A DNA stretch of 63,158 bases, the filler included, from Octopus bimaculoides (lineage: Eukaryota): assembly GCF_001194135.2 (NCBI RefSeq). It is 5 parts of 4 records of this genome, joined end to end, with 100 filler letters (N's around TTAATTAATTAA, not from the genome) between each part and the next. Parts side by side here need not be neighbours in the genome. Positions count along the whole stretch, not along the records: positions 19,746 to 34,435 come from NC_068982.1; positions 34,536 to 45,539 come from NC_068986.1; 3 more parts are not named here. One strand, given 5' to 3'. The notes beneath the pieces were generated by a model, which was given only the letters and a program-made list of their open reading frames with translations, ran no database searches and had not been told where the DNA came from. Made by a program: the position numbers and the translations under genes. Positions 25,250-35,799 of the stretch are shown piece by piece. Every line of letters starts with the position of its first letter. Positions within the stretch are counted from its first letter, which is position 1.

Positions 25250-26905
25250 ATGGCCTCTACCAGGTCTAAGTACCGAACGTACTCCGTATGTCACGCAAGT
25301 GCCCTTACGGATTCACAAGGAGTCAAAGGTCCAAGGCAACTTTTGGCGAAAGACACGTGTATGCCCGTGGAACTCTACAGTAGAATCGAAGTGGGAGTCA
25401 TACAGTTGCGATGAAAATTTTAAAAATATGCAACCTATGTATCCAATTTAGTGTTAACATCTTTTCAATTCAATAATGTTAAAGTTACGTCTCTGAAAAT
25501 TTGACAATATCGGCCAACATGAGCTATCGGCTAACGTGACAAAAAGAACATCACAACATACATTACGAAAAGGAGAAGATACGCCACTGTGGAGGTGCGC
25601 TTCACAACGGAGGCGGAAGCAATAAAGCACTCCACAGAGGCAATAAGGTCAGAAGAATGGGTGTTCTTGCCTTCGTACTGCGGCAAACATGTGGCCAAAG
25701 TGCGAGTGGGTAAGGTGCCACCCGAAATAAAGGAAGAATGGCTGATGACAGCAATACTATATAATATGGAGGATGGGAAGATTTTGAAGGCTACCAGGAC
25801 CCAGAAGGTAAACTATTGGGGATATGGTATCGAATTAACTATACAGGCAACTACGGAGGATTTGAACAGCGTGGTGGATGAGATTGTGTTGCCAAAAGAT
25901 GTAAGATTGAGAGTCAGTGTAGAGGGAAGGCCGCCGATATGTTTCACATGTGGTGAGAGGGGCCACATGAAGGCGTGGTGCGCCCAAAGAAAACAACAAC
26001 AAGAAGCAGAACAGGTGAAGAGACAGGAGAATGTGGACCAGATCATGGTAACAGAAAAAGAAACAGAGAATGGAATTACTATGGTTAAAAAGAAAAGAAG
26101 AAGGAGCGGAGGAATGAGTTCTCCGCCAGAGAAGCAGAAAAAGAAGAGAGAAGAGGTAAGAAAAGAAACTGTGAAGGAGGTCAGGAAGAAGGAAGAAAAA
26201 AGAGAAAGTAAAAAGAAAGTGGAGTTACCAGTAATGATACCGGTTGTTCCAGTGGAGAAAGATTCGGAAATACAACTGCAGGAAGGAGAGTTGGAGAGAT
26301 TATTTAGGATAGAGGAAGGAAAAAGAGAATAAAACGTACAAGATAAAGGAAAGAAGATACGAGGAGGAGATGGAGTGTGGCATTATGTGACGTACCCCAA
26401 AAATGTTGAAACAGAAAAAAAGATAATTAAGTTTCATTCAATAGTAAGAGTGAAGGTGCCTTCATACGTCTACGCAGAGGATATGAAGGCAAAACTGATT
26501 GAAGAAGAGAACTACAGAAAGTTGAAAGAGATGTGTGGAGATAGCGTTGACCCACCAGGAGCGGAGGTGTAATTCAATGAGTTGCCACCAGTAGTGAATC
26601 TGAGAAATATTGAACCACTGATGAAGTTTTACTAAAAGAGAAAAATAATGTATGTTAAATGATGTTATTTTTAAGGAAAATAATGGTAATAAAGTAAGAA
26701 AAAAAGAACAATTGTAGACAATACATGTAATGGTTCAAATGGTACCGCATGGGAGTGGGGCCCTTGTGGCCATTTGCATTTGTTTTCACTATCATATAAT
26801 TTCACCCCATTTACATTCGTTTTATGTTTTTTGTCCCCACTGTGATCTTGTCTGTCCTTGTGGTGTCCGCATCTGTGTTTAGGGCTTTATGCCTAATAAA
26901 GAAAT
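25250..26905 (+). mobile_element. ORF1-only L1/Tx1-like non-LTR element (HAL1-like)
   Basis: Disrupted gag-like ORF1 runs 25250-26635, then about 270 bp of UTR ending ..CTAATAAAGAAAT. No endonuclease or RT sequence lies between ORF1 and the tail. Confidence 0.65.
25589..26332 (+). CDS. LINE ORF1/gag-like protein with CCHC zinc knuckle, probably pseudogenised
   Basis: 247-aa ORF with VSVEGRPPICFTCGERGHMKAWC (CX2CX4HX4C) followed by a K/E-rich region. Continues in shifted frames up- and downstream. Confidence 0.75.
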   Translation: MEVRFTTEAEAIKHSTEAIRSEEWVFLPSYCGKHVAKVRVGKVPPEIKEEWLMTAILYNMEDGKILKATRTQKVNYWGYGIELTIQATTEDLNSVVDEIVLPKDVRLRVSVEGRPPICFTCGERGHMKAWCAQRKQQQEAEQVKRQENVDQIMVTEKETENGITMVKKKRRRSGGMSSPPEKQKKKREEVRKETVKEVRKKEEKRESKKKVELPVMIPVVPVEKDSEIQLQEGELERLFRIEEGKRE

Positions 26906-27066
26906 CGGTATTTCGTCTGTCTTTACGTTCTGAGTTCAAATTCCGCCGAGGTCGACTTTGCCTTTCCTCCTTTCGGGGTCGATAAATTAAGTACCAGTTG
27001 CATACTGGATCGATCTAATCGCCTGGCCCCCTCCCCCAAAATTTCGGGCCTTGTGTCTAGAGTAGA
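26906..27066 (+). mobile_element. SINE family C (Meta/Sauria-like central domain), 3' part only
   Basis: B-box GAGTTCAAATTCC plus AGGTCGACTTTGCCTTTC.TCCTTTCGGGGTCGATAAATTAAGTACCAG. Confidence 0.85.
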
Positions 27067-28380
27067 AAAGAAAAGGATGAAAACCTGGGGTATAGATGAT
27101 GTTTGAACTCGGAACGAAACTTGATGCTCTAAAGTATTTAGTAATGCATTTTGTAAAATTTCTTTCAACATTATCATTAGGATCTCTTTCATAGGTCGAC
27201 GGTTAGAAATTTAAGGAGTGGAAACAGACGAACATATCCTCAATATTTGAGTGGTACTTTATTTTATTTCATCGACCACTGAATGATAAAACGCAATATC
27301 CCATGTAGAAGGATTGCCAGAGTCGGTAGACCTTTCAATTTTTGTTCCAGCTCTTTAGGTTCTGAGTTCAAATCTCACAGAATTCTTTCAGGGTCCTAAG
27401 GAAAAATAGCAGTGAAGTATTGAGTTGGATTTAATAGAGTAACCCTCGCCACATTTATGACATTGTGCTTATATAAGAAACGATTATTATTATAATTCTA
27501 CCCCGCCCCAGGGCTTTGGAATTATGATCTACTTCGTTCTGAGGTTGATAAACTTAAAGTACCAGTTAAATACTGAGGTCGAATTGCTCGATCATACACT
27601 TTGCTTTGTGTATGTATAAGTTAGAAACCATTGTTACTCTCACTGAATGTCAGAATTGCCATAGCACCGGACTAAATGCTTTGCGGCATTTTGTTACGTT
27701 CCTTGATGTTATAAGATCAAACCCTGTTGAGGCGGTCTTGGCTATCAGTAAAATATCTTTGGCTTTGTGTTAATATAAGAAATCAATATAATTTTTTTTA
27801 CTTGGTGAAATTGAAAACATTCAAAGGGCCAAAACAAACGATGAAATAAAAACCAGAATAGCGCAGCTATTTATTTTGTCGGACCCTGAAGGGATGTAAT
27901 GTTTGTAGAGAAACGGAACTATTTACAATATATTTTCTCCAGCACAATTCTTTTTCCCCGACTTAACACTCATCTGAATTAATCCCATCATGTATTATGC
28001 ATGGTGTTGTTAGAAACAGAATTGCACACACACACACACACATTTGTGTGTGTATATATATATAAATATATATATATATAAATATATATACACACACATA
28101 CAGACACACATAAATTCATACATGCATATAAACATACACCGTACATATAAACATATATTCACATATACGTTTATACATATACACATGCATGTAGATGTCG
28201 TTATGAATCCTTTCGTGTCTAACACGTATTAAAAGAAATTATTGTTTTCTTGAAGTTTTATCTACCATATCAGACAATCGTATAAAGTTGTATATTATAA
28301 GCCTCTCTTCAAAATATTATTAAAAATCATATTAACAACCATTGTGTAGAATTGACTATATATAAAGGTAAAAATATATA

Positions 28381-29146
28381 CAGGGTGTCCCAAAAGTCAC
28401 CGAGGAGTTTCAATTTTTAATAACTTCCTTAATTTTACAAATAAATGCATGAAATTTTGATACAATATACGGGACATAATGGAAATTAATAAGCATTAGT
28501 CAAATTTTGCAATACCAATACATCACATATGAAAAATGACATCGCTTAAATGACAGCCATTTTCGGCTTCGCACGCCTGTGTTATTTCCAAAACTTGCAT
28601 CATAACACCCTCAAGAGTTTCAAACCCCATTTCTCTGATTTCTCTACTGATGTTCTTCTTCAGTTGCACCAGAGTTTTCGGTTTGTTGACGAAAACCCTC
28701 TCTTTCAGGTATCTCCACAAGAAAAAATCCTGGCTAGTCAAGTCTGGGGAACGTAAAGGCCATTCAGAGAAGACTTTACACATGGTGCCAGCAAGACGGG
28801 GCAACTGCTCATGCCGCAAGAGAAACAATACAGTTGCTACGGCAGTGCTTTGGAGAGAGAATAATCTCCCGCTACGGCAATGTTAACTGGCCTTTGTGTT
28901 CCCCAGACTTGACTAGCCCTGAATTTTCTTGTGGGGATACCTGAAACCGAGGGTCTACGTTAACAAACCGGAGACCCTGGTGCAATTGAAGGAGAGTTTC
29001 AATAGCGATGTCATGTTCCATATGTGTAGTGGTGTTGCAAAATAAGACTTGTGCATATTAATTTCCATTTATATTATATCAAATTCTTTTATATTCCTTT
29101 ATATTGTATCAAAATTTCATGCATTTATTTGTAAAGTTAAGGAAGT
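28381..29146. mobile_element. Fold-back non-autonomous Tc1/mariner (rosa/DD41D-like) element made of two inverted 3' ends
   Basis: TA then CAGGGTGTCCCAAAAGTCAC TIR. Minus arm encodes WPLRSPDL..DFFLWRYLKERVFVNKP; plus arm encodes QQDGATAH..WPLCSPDL..YLKPRVYVNKP. Right TIR is truncated at about 29146. Confidence 0.85.
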
Positions 29147-29358
29147 GTTTGGCCCCCTGAGGGCAATAAAGAAATTGGTATTTCGTCTGCCGTTACGTTC
29201 TGAGTTCAATTTCCGCCGAAATCAACTTTGCATTTCATCCTTTCGGGGTCGATTAAATAAGTACCAGTTACGCACTGGGGTCGATGTAATTGACTAAATC
29301 CCTTTGTCTGTCCTTCTTTGTCCCCTCTATGTTTAGCCCCTTGTGGGCAATAAAAAAT
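29146..29358 (+). mobile_element. Composite: Tx1-type tail fragment + 3' part of SINE family C with Tx1-type tail
   Basis: tgtttggccccctgagggcaataaagaaat|tggtatttcgtctg...tgtttagccccttgtgggcaataaaaaat. Confidence 0.8.
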
Positions 29359-30349
29359 ATATATTGTTTCATGAACTAAATAATCTACTGTATCCTTCCT
29401 ACTTTTGAGAAAGCTGAGCGCGATTTGAGAGAGATTTGGTTGCTATTTCTACTAGACCAAGGGAGTCTCTACAACCAGCATACAGCAATAATAATTCTGT
29501 AATCTTGAAAATGTACAGTTCACTGCTTTAAGCAACAGTTCTGTTTTAATTGTTGTGTAATTACAAATATAATTTAGATTAATTAAAATTTCTTTGCTCA
29601 CTATATTAAATATGTTAACACCAAACTTACCATTTAATTTTCACGTAGAGTGTATTCTTAGATATTTTCACCAAACCTTACTAAACATTCTATCATGGTC
29701 AAACTTAGTGCCAGACAACTGTTCTTATATGTTTAACAGATTCATTTCATCACATCTCTACAGCGTTTGGTAAACAACGTTGAGTGAAAAGATAATTCTA
29801 AAAAGGAAAACGATCAACAAATGCCTCTCCTTTTATTTTCTATCTATAGAACCAGATTGAGGCCAAAGCTGCTGCATTGGCACACACGTGTGTCTGTAGA
29901 TTAAACCACTGGTAATCGACACCTCTGGCCGTATACACGAGACGGGTTTGTTTTGCATTATACAGTTATACAATCACATAGAAGACACTTTTAGAGATAG
30001 ATGGTAAAAGAAATGCAATCGGATACCCTATAATTCTGCTACAGTTTTGAAATGATTGCAAAGTTTAGCGAAATGTATAGTAACTTGATAGGCAAGTCTG
30101 TTGTAAGACCGAACTTTACATGATGTGGGAACTAAATATTTAGAATCGCTAGAGTAACGAAAATACCCACTGCTAGTAAATTATCTAAAACTACATACTT
30201 AGCTAATTTTCCTTATGTAACAAATCATATATTAGGGTTGATGTTTTTTTAGAAAATATGTCGACTTCGATGATACATTTTTAAAATGTGCTAATTTTCA
30301 TGCTTATTTGTGTACAATATTAAAATTTATTATATAAACACTACGCCAG

Positions 30350-30540
30350 ACTTTTGTAGGGAAGGATTTGTCGATTAAATCGATCTCAGTATTTGGCAAG
30401 TATCTATTTTACCGACTCCCAATTGGTTAAAAAGCAAAACTGATCAAGGCGGGATTTGAACTGAAATCGTACAGAATCGGAATAAATACTGCAAAATAAT
30501 GCGTCGAACGCTTTAACATTTTTACCAATTCTCCGCCCTA
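30350..30540 (-). mobile_element. Degraded SINE family C copy
   Basis: Reverse complement of the core (..ggcgggatttgaact..). Confidence 0.6.
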
Positions 30541-32049
30541 AACCCGGATGCATTTATTTGCTTCGTGAATGTCTCCTCATTACTTTGACAAGTACCGCGA
30601 AGTTTATTTCAGTTTTATTTCAATGAACAACACATCCAGTTTTACGAGGTACTGGAGGAACGGTTTTAGGATACTTTTTATAGTTTAGTTTGAAGGGAAA
30701 ATACAAGGCTGTTTTTAGAGCTTTTCAGATTTATGAAAAAGGAGGAAAGGAAAGAAAGAAACAACTTAAGGGTAGTCGCAATAGGAAGCAGTACATTAAG
30801 GTATACAAGATAGTATTGTAGTTCGCTTGAAGCATTGTATATTGTTTGTAAAGAATAAAAAGTTTTGAATGGTACACCAATGCAGACAGTGGGCTATACA
30901 CCTGTTGTTATTTAGTCATCCATAGTCTGATGATATTTCGGAATAAAATTCCTTCTCCAGATATTCTTAGATGGAATATAAATTATATCATTTATATTTA
31001 TGTATTAACAATATAATATAATTTATGCATATATTAATATTTATTTTGTTCGTTGATTGTTTTATTTCGTTTCGTTATTCCACATTATATACGTCTCGAG
31101 CTTAATTATAAAATATAATTTTGTGGAAATAATTTTCGTAAATTATATATATAATCACCTTCAGAATAGAGGTGTTGCATTAGACTTGGCTCAGTTACTA
31201 ATATTATTTTAATCATTTGAACAAGTACGGAGGATAAATCTGGGTGTGTTTCTTGGTAATTAGAGCTCTTCAGTGAATAATACACCTTACTGTTGTCTTG
31301 ATGAACAAATCATTTGCTGCACATACAACAATGCACACAAATACGACTAAGAGTACAAAATTAGTATATTTAATACATAAATCAACTTCGGTGATAGGTT
31401 TATTTATTCTCTGATAAATAAAATTAGCTAAGTGTGTAGTTTAAGATAATTTATGAGCAGTTGGTATTTTCGTCACTCAAGAGATTCGAAATATTTAGTT
31501 CCCATGTGTTAAATTCGGTCTTACGACGAACTTGTATATCTTGTTGCAAACATTTCAAACTTGTAGCAAAGTTATAAGATATCCTGTTGCAATTCCTTTG
31601 TTATCTATCTCTGAAAGGGCCTCTCTTCAACACGACTGTATGATGTAAAACGAGAAGAAAAAAGAAATATCTCCCGCACGAAATGTTATTCAAACTGTGT
31701 GTTTCGTTTGTTATTTCATTTCATCTTTCTGTTTTCATGTTTTTCTTTTTTACTTTGCTTCTCGGCTGTTTTATTTCTTTTTTAAATATAGCCATTATGT
31801 AATTGTGTATGTGTTAAAAGAATCACGAAAATTGTTTTCACAAAATTATACTTTATAATTAAGCTTGAGATGTATATAATGTGGAATAACGAAACGAAAT
31901 AGAACAATCAACGAACAAAAGAAATATTGTTAATATATATATAAACGTGCATGGAATATATTTACAAATAATCAGTTATACTTTCATAAGTGGGCATTTC
32001 AAATTATTGTACTACTGCTACTACTACTGCTGCTGCTGCTACTACTACT

Positions 32050-32646
32050 GGATCTATTTCAAAACGGGGGCACCAGTATTTTCTTAACGAAACACTTTGA
32101 AACTTGGGACACTGGTAGAACGTGTCATATAAAACATCTTTTACTCTTAGTCTTCTTAACAAAAAAAACGTACATCGCAAGTTATTTCATGTTAAAGTTG
32201 TCGTATTTCTGTAATTTCAACCAATCACTGACGTCTATTCAGCTGGGCGGTCATAAAAATGTTATTTCCTGTGACATATTTCATCCGGTTTAATCGTAAT
32301 TTATACGCATATATTGTTTATATAATAAATTACGCTGTGCGTATCTATGTGTGTAACAATTTTAGAGTTAGGGTTAGGGTTAACAGTCTAGTTAGGGTTA
32401 GGGTTAGGGGATTAATACGATATACACCGTTACAGCGCTAACTGTTTTCAACTGAATAGACGTCAGTAATTAGTAGAAATTATCGAAATAAGACAATTTT
32501 TTACATGAAATAAATTCGAATACAAAAATTTTTTTCTGTTCTATAACACAAAATAGATAAGTATACGAAGTTTGAAAGTCTTTCGGTACCAAAAACACTA
32601 CATAAAGCATAAATGAAAACTGGTGCCCCCGTTTTGAAATAGATCC
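32050..32646. mobile_element. Non-autonomous DNA transposon, GGATCTATTT TIR (Merlin- or MULE-like), with internal TTAGGG repeats
   Basis: TIR GGATCTATTTCAAAACGGGGGCACCAGT and its reverse complement; internal inverted repeats; flanks CTACTACT on both sides. Confidence 0.85.
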
Positions 32647-32695
32647 CTACTACTACTTGTTGCTGTTTAGCTCCGTGTCAATCTGACCGAGTAGA

Positions 32696-33081
32696 GGCGC
32701 AATGGCCCAGTGGTTAGGGCAGTGGAGTCGCGGTCATAAGATCGCGGTTTCGATTCCCAGACCGGGCGTTGTGAGTGTTTATTGAGCGAAAACACCTAAA
32801 GCTCCACGAGGCTCCGGCAAGGGATGGTGGCGAACCCTGCTGTACTCTTTCACCGCAACTTTCTCTCACTCTTACTTCCTGTTTCTGTTGTGCCTGTAAT
32901 TCAAACGGTCGGCCTTGTCACACTGTATCACACTGAATATCTCCAAGAACTGCGTTAAGGGTACACGTGTCTGTGGAGTGCTCAGCCACTTGCACGTTAA
33001 TTTCACGAGCAGGCTGTTCTGTTGATCGGATCAACTGGAACCCTCGACGTCGTAAGCGACGGAGTGCCAACAACAACAACA
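32696..33081 (+). mobile_element. Full-length SINE family A with 16-bp target-site duplication
   Basis: TSD AATCTGACCGAGTAGA at 32680-32695 and 33082-33097; CAA tail. Confidence 0.92.
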
Positions 33082-33651
33082 AATCTGACCGAGTAGACCT
33101 GTGATCAAGGGCAACAAATTCGTGATTGACCGAGATTTTAGAGGAGTGCGCATGTAAAACTATGTTATCAGATTTTCTCATGTCTGTTATTTCATTAATG
33201 GCTTACCATATTCAGGTATGACACACATGGTTAACATACCTGAATATGCGGAGATTTTGTATTCAATAACTCAGTTAAGCCTGGTAGGGTCCCAAGGCCT
33301 ACATGAAGAAACGATAGAATTCTTGAAAGCAGGAGGCAGCACTATGGAACCGCAATACATAGGATGGTAGTTGTTTGCTGGGAAGGAACTTCAGTTTCAC
33401 AAGACTGAATTGATGGTATACTGGTTCATTAATAAGGTAGAAGAGCTAAATGTGTGAAACTTTTCGTGCTATCATTGTTAGAATCTGTGACAAAAGTCGT
33501 CTCGAGGTTAAAGTTAAATCGTCCGATATGTGACATCTGTTCTCTACTAGCATCAGAAACTAAATTTGGTTTCCGACTGGGCATAGTGACAATAGACATA
33601 ATTTTCTCAGCTAGCTACCTTAAGGAGAAGTGTGTTGAAGATCAAGTACCA

Positions 33652-34099
33652 ATTTCTTTATTGTCTATAAAAGACGAACATAGAGGGGACGAACATGGAC
33701 ACCACAACACATAGCGTTTGTTACAATGAAACGTGTTTTAAAAATTCATGTAAATATAAAAAATATAATAAAATCGAAAAATGGAAAAAATCGAGAAATT
33801 TGAATCAATTTTTGTTATAAATCGATACGGGGTTCCAATCAACCCGCCGGCTGTTTTCACACTTTTTTCTTGTTTTCCCCCCCTTTTTTCCCCCAGAACT
33901 GGTTACACCAGCTCGACGCCTTCCACTCGCATCATTCTTACTACAGGCTTCCATCTTTTCCGAAACATATCTTGAGACAGGGACTTCCTCTCCAGACGGA
34001 TCTTACTCCGCAGGTGATAGTTAAAAAAACTAATCAACCCGCGTCCAGAGATGAATTTACCCGTCTCAATTCCTCTTCCACGCGTCGTCCATGCTGTGT
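33652..34099 (-). mobile_element. 5'-truncated L1/Tx1-like LINE (ORF2 C-terminus + 3' UTR) with 15-bp TSD
   Basis: ORF ..WTTRGRG..SGRGLISFFNYHLRSKIRLERKSLS..FRKRW..*; tail ..ACAATAAAGAAAT; TSD GAAGATCAAGTACCA at 33637-51 and 34100-14. Confidence 0.75.
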
Positions 34100-34299
34100 G
34101 AAGATCAAGTACCACCTTAACAAGTATTTGTTGACCTTATTAATGTCTATGATATGGTCGATAGAGAATATTTGTTGGTGAGTTTTCACAAAGTTGGTTG
34201 TCTATCAAAATTTGTGCACATGTTTAAAGAACTGCTCCACAATGTGATATTCAGGGTTGCATTTAAAAGAGGTCTTTCAGAGGAAATTGCCTTAGACAT

Positions 34300-34410
34300 G
34301 GTCCCGGGTTCAGTCCCACTACGTGGCACTTTGGGCAAGTGTCTTCTACTATAGCCTCGGGCCGACTAAAGCCTTGTAAGTGGATTTGGTAGACAGAAAC
34401 TGGAAGAAGC
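34300..34410 (+). mobile_element. CORE-type SINE family B, 5' half fragment
   Basis: ccgggttcagtcccactacgtggcactttgggcaagtgtcttctactatagcctcgggccgac. Confidence 0.85.
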
Positions 34411-35107
34411 CCCTCGTATATATATATATATATATNNNNNNNNNNNNNNNNNNNNNNNNNNNNNNNNNNNNNNNNNNNNTTAATTAATTAANNNNNNNNN
34501 NNNNNNNNNNNNNNNNNNNNNNNNNNNNNNNNNNNTATATATATATATATATATATATATATGCAGACATACGCACACACACACACTTGTATACACACGT
34601 ACATATATATATATATATAACTATATGTATTATATATATCTATAACTATAGAAATCTTGTTTTTGTTGTCGTTCATTATTTCTACGAAGTTTTCGTTTTT
34701 TTTTTTTATTTCGTATTGTTCAAATTTCCTTTCCCGTCTTTCTCTATTTTTTCCTTGTTTTTCTTTCGTAAAGAAATTTATTTCAGTTTTTAGAATTCTT
34801 TCATTTTTTTTCCTTTTATTTTCTTCTTTCATTCACTTCTCCTCCGTTGTTGGCCTATTTCTTTCTTCTCCCCCTCCCACCCTTTTATTTAATTTCCTTC
34901 TCATTGTCCTTGTCGTCTGCTTGCTTTGAGACCGTCATGGTGTTGCTGTTGCTGATGTTGTCGTTTGCGGTAGTGATGGAAATTGTGCCACTTTTTCTCA
35001 CTTGTCAGGCCTCAAATTTATGGTGGTTTAGTAAAAGAGTTCACAGTTCGTTCCCTACAAGCCGTTGACTCCGTCAAATAACAATAATAATGATAATACC
35101 AATTATT

Positions 35108-35780
35108 ATTTCTACTCTAGGCACATTGCCTTGAAAATTTGTTTTGGAAGGGGTTAGTCGATTACACCGTCCTCAGTGCGTAACTGGTATTCATCGACCC
35201 CAAAAGGATGAAAAGCAAAGTCGACCCCGGCGGAATTTGAACTCAGAATATAGCGGCAGACGAAATATCGCTGAGTATTTCGCCCGGCGTGCTAACGTCT
35301 CTGCCAGCTCGCCGCCCTAATGATAATAATAATCCTTTCTACTCTAGGCACAAGGACTGAAATTTGTGGGGAGAAGGGGCCAGTCGATGACATTGACCCC
35401 AGTACTCAACTGGTACTTAATTTATCGACCCCGAAAGGATGAAAGGCAAAGTTGACCTCGGTGGAATTTGAGCTCAAAAAGCAAAGACGGATGAAATGCC
35501 GTTAAGCATATTGTCCGGTGTTCTAACTATAGTGCTAGCTTGCTACCTTAACAACAACAACAACAACAGCAACACTCTCTACCATAAGCGCAAGGCCTGA
35601 CATTTCGGGGAAGAGGATAAGTCAATTACATCGACTCCAGTGTTTAACTGCTACTTATTTTATCGACCCCGAAAAGATGAGAGGCAAAATCGACCTCTGC
35701 GGTATTTGAACCCACAACGTAAAAACGAACGAAATGACGCTAAGCATTTTGCCCGACGTTCTAACTATTCTTCCAACTCA
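35108..35780 (-). mobile_element. Three head-to-tail SINE family C copies separated by (AAT)/(AAC) tracts
   Basis: Copies at about 35108-35318, 35335-35550 and 35575-35780. Confidence 0.85.
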
Positions 35781-35799
35781 CTAATCGAAAACTGAAACG

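Noticed and set aside
32696-32770. tRNA-like sequences with A/B boxes (heads of SINE families A, B, C)
   Set aside because: They continue into repeated SINE bodies with tails and TSDs; they are not free-standing tRNA genes.
35108-35780. Regularly spaced repeats that might suggest a CRISPR-like array
   Set aside because: Units are about 210-bp diverged SINE copies separated by microsatellites; there are no unique spacers or cas genes, and the context is eukaryotic.
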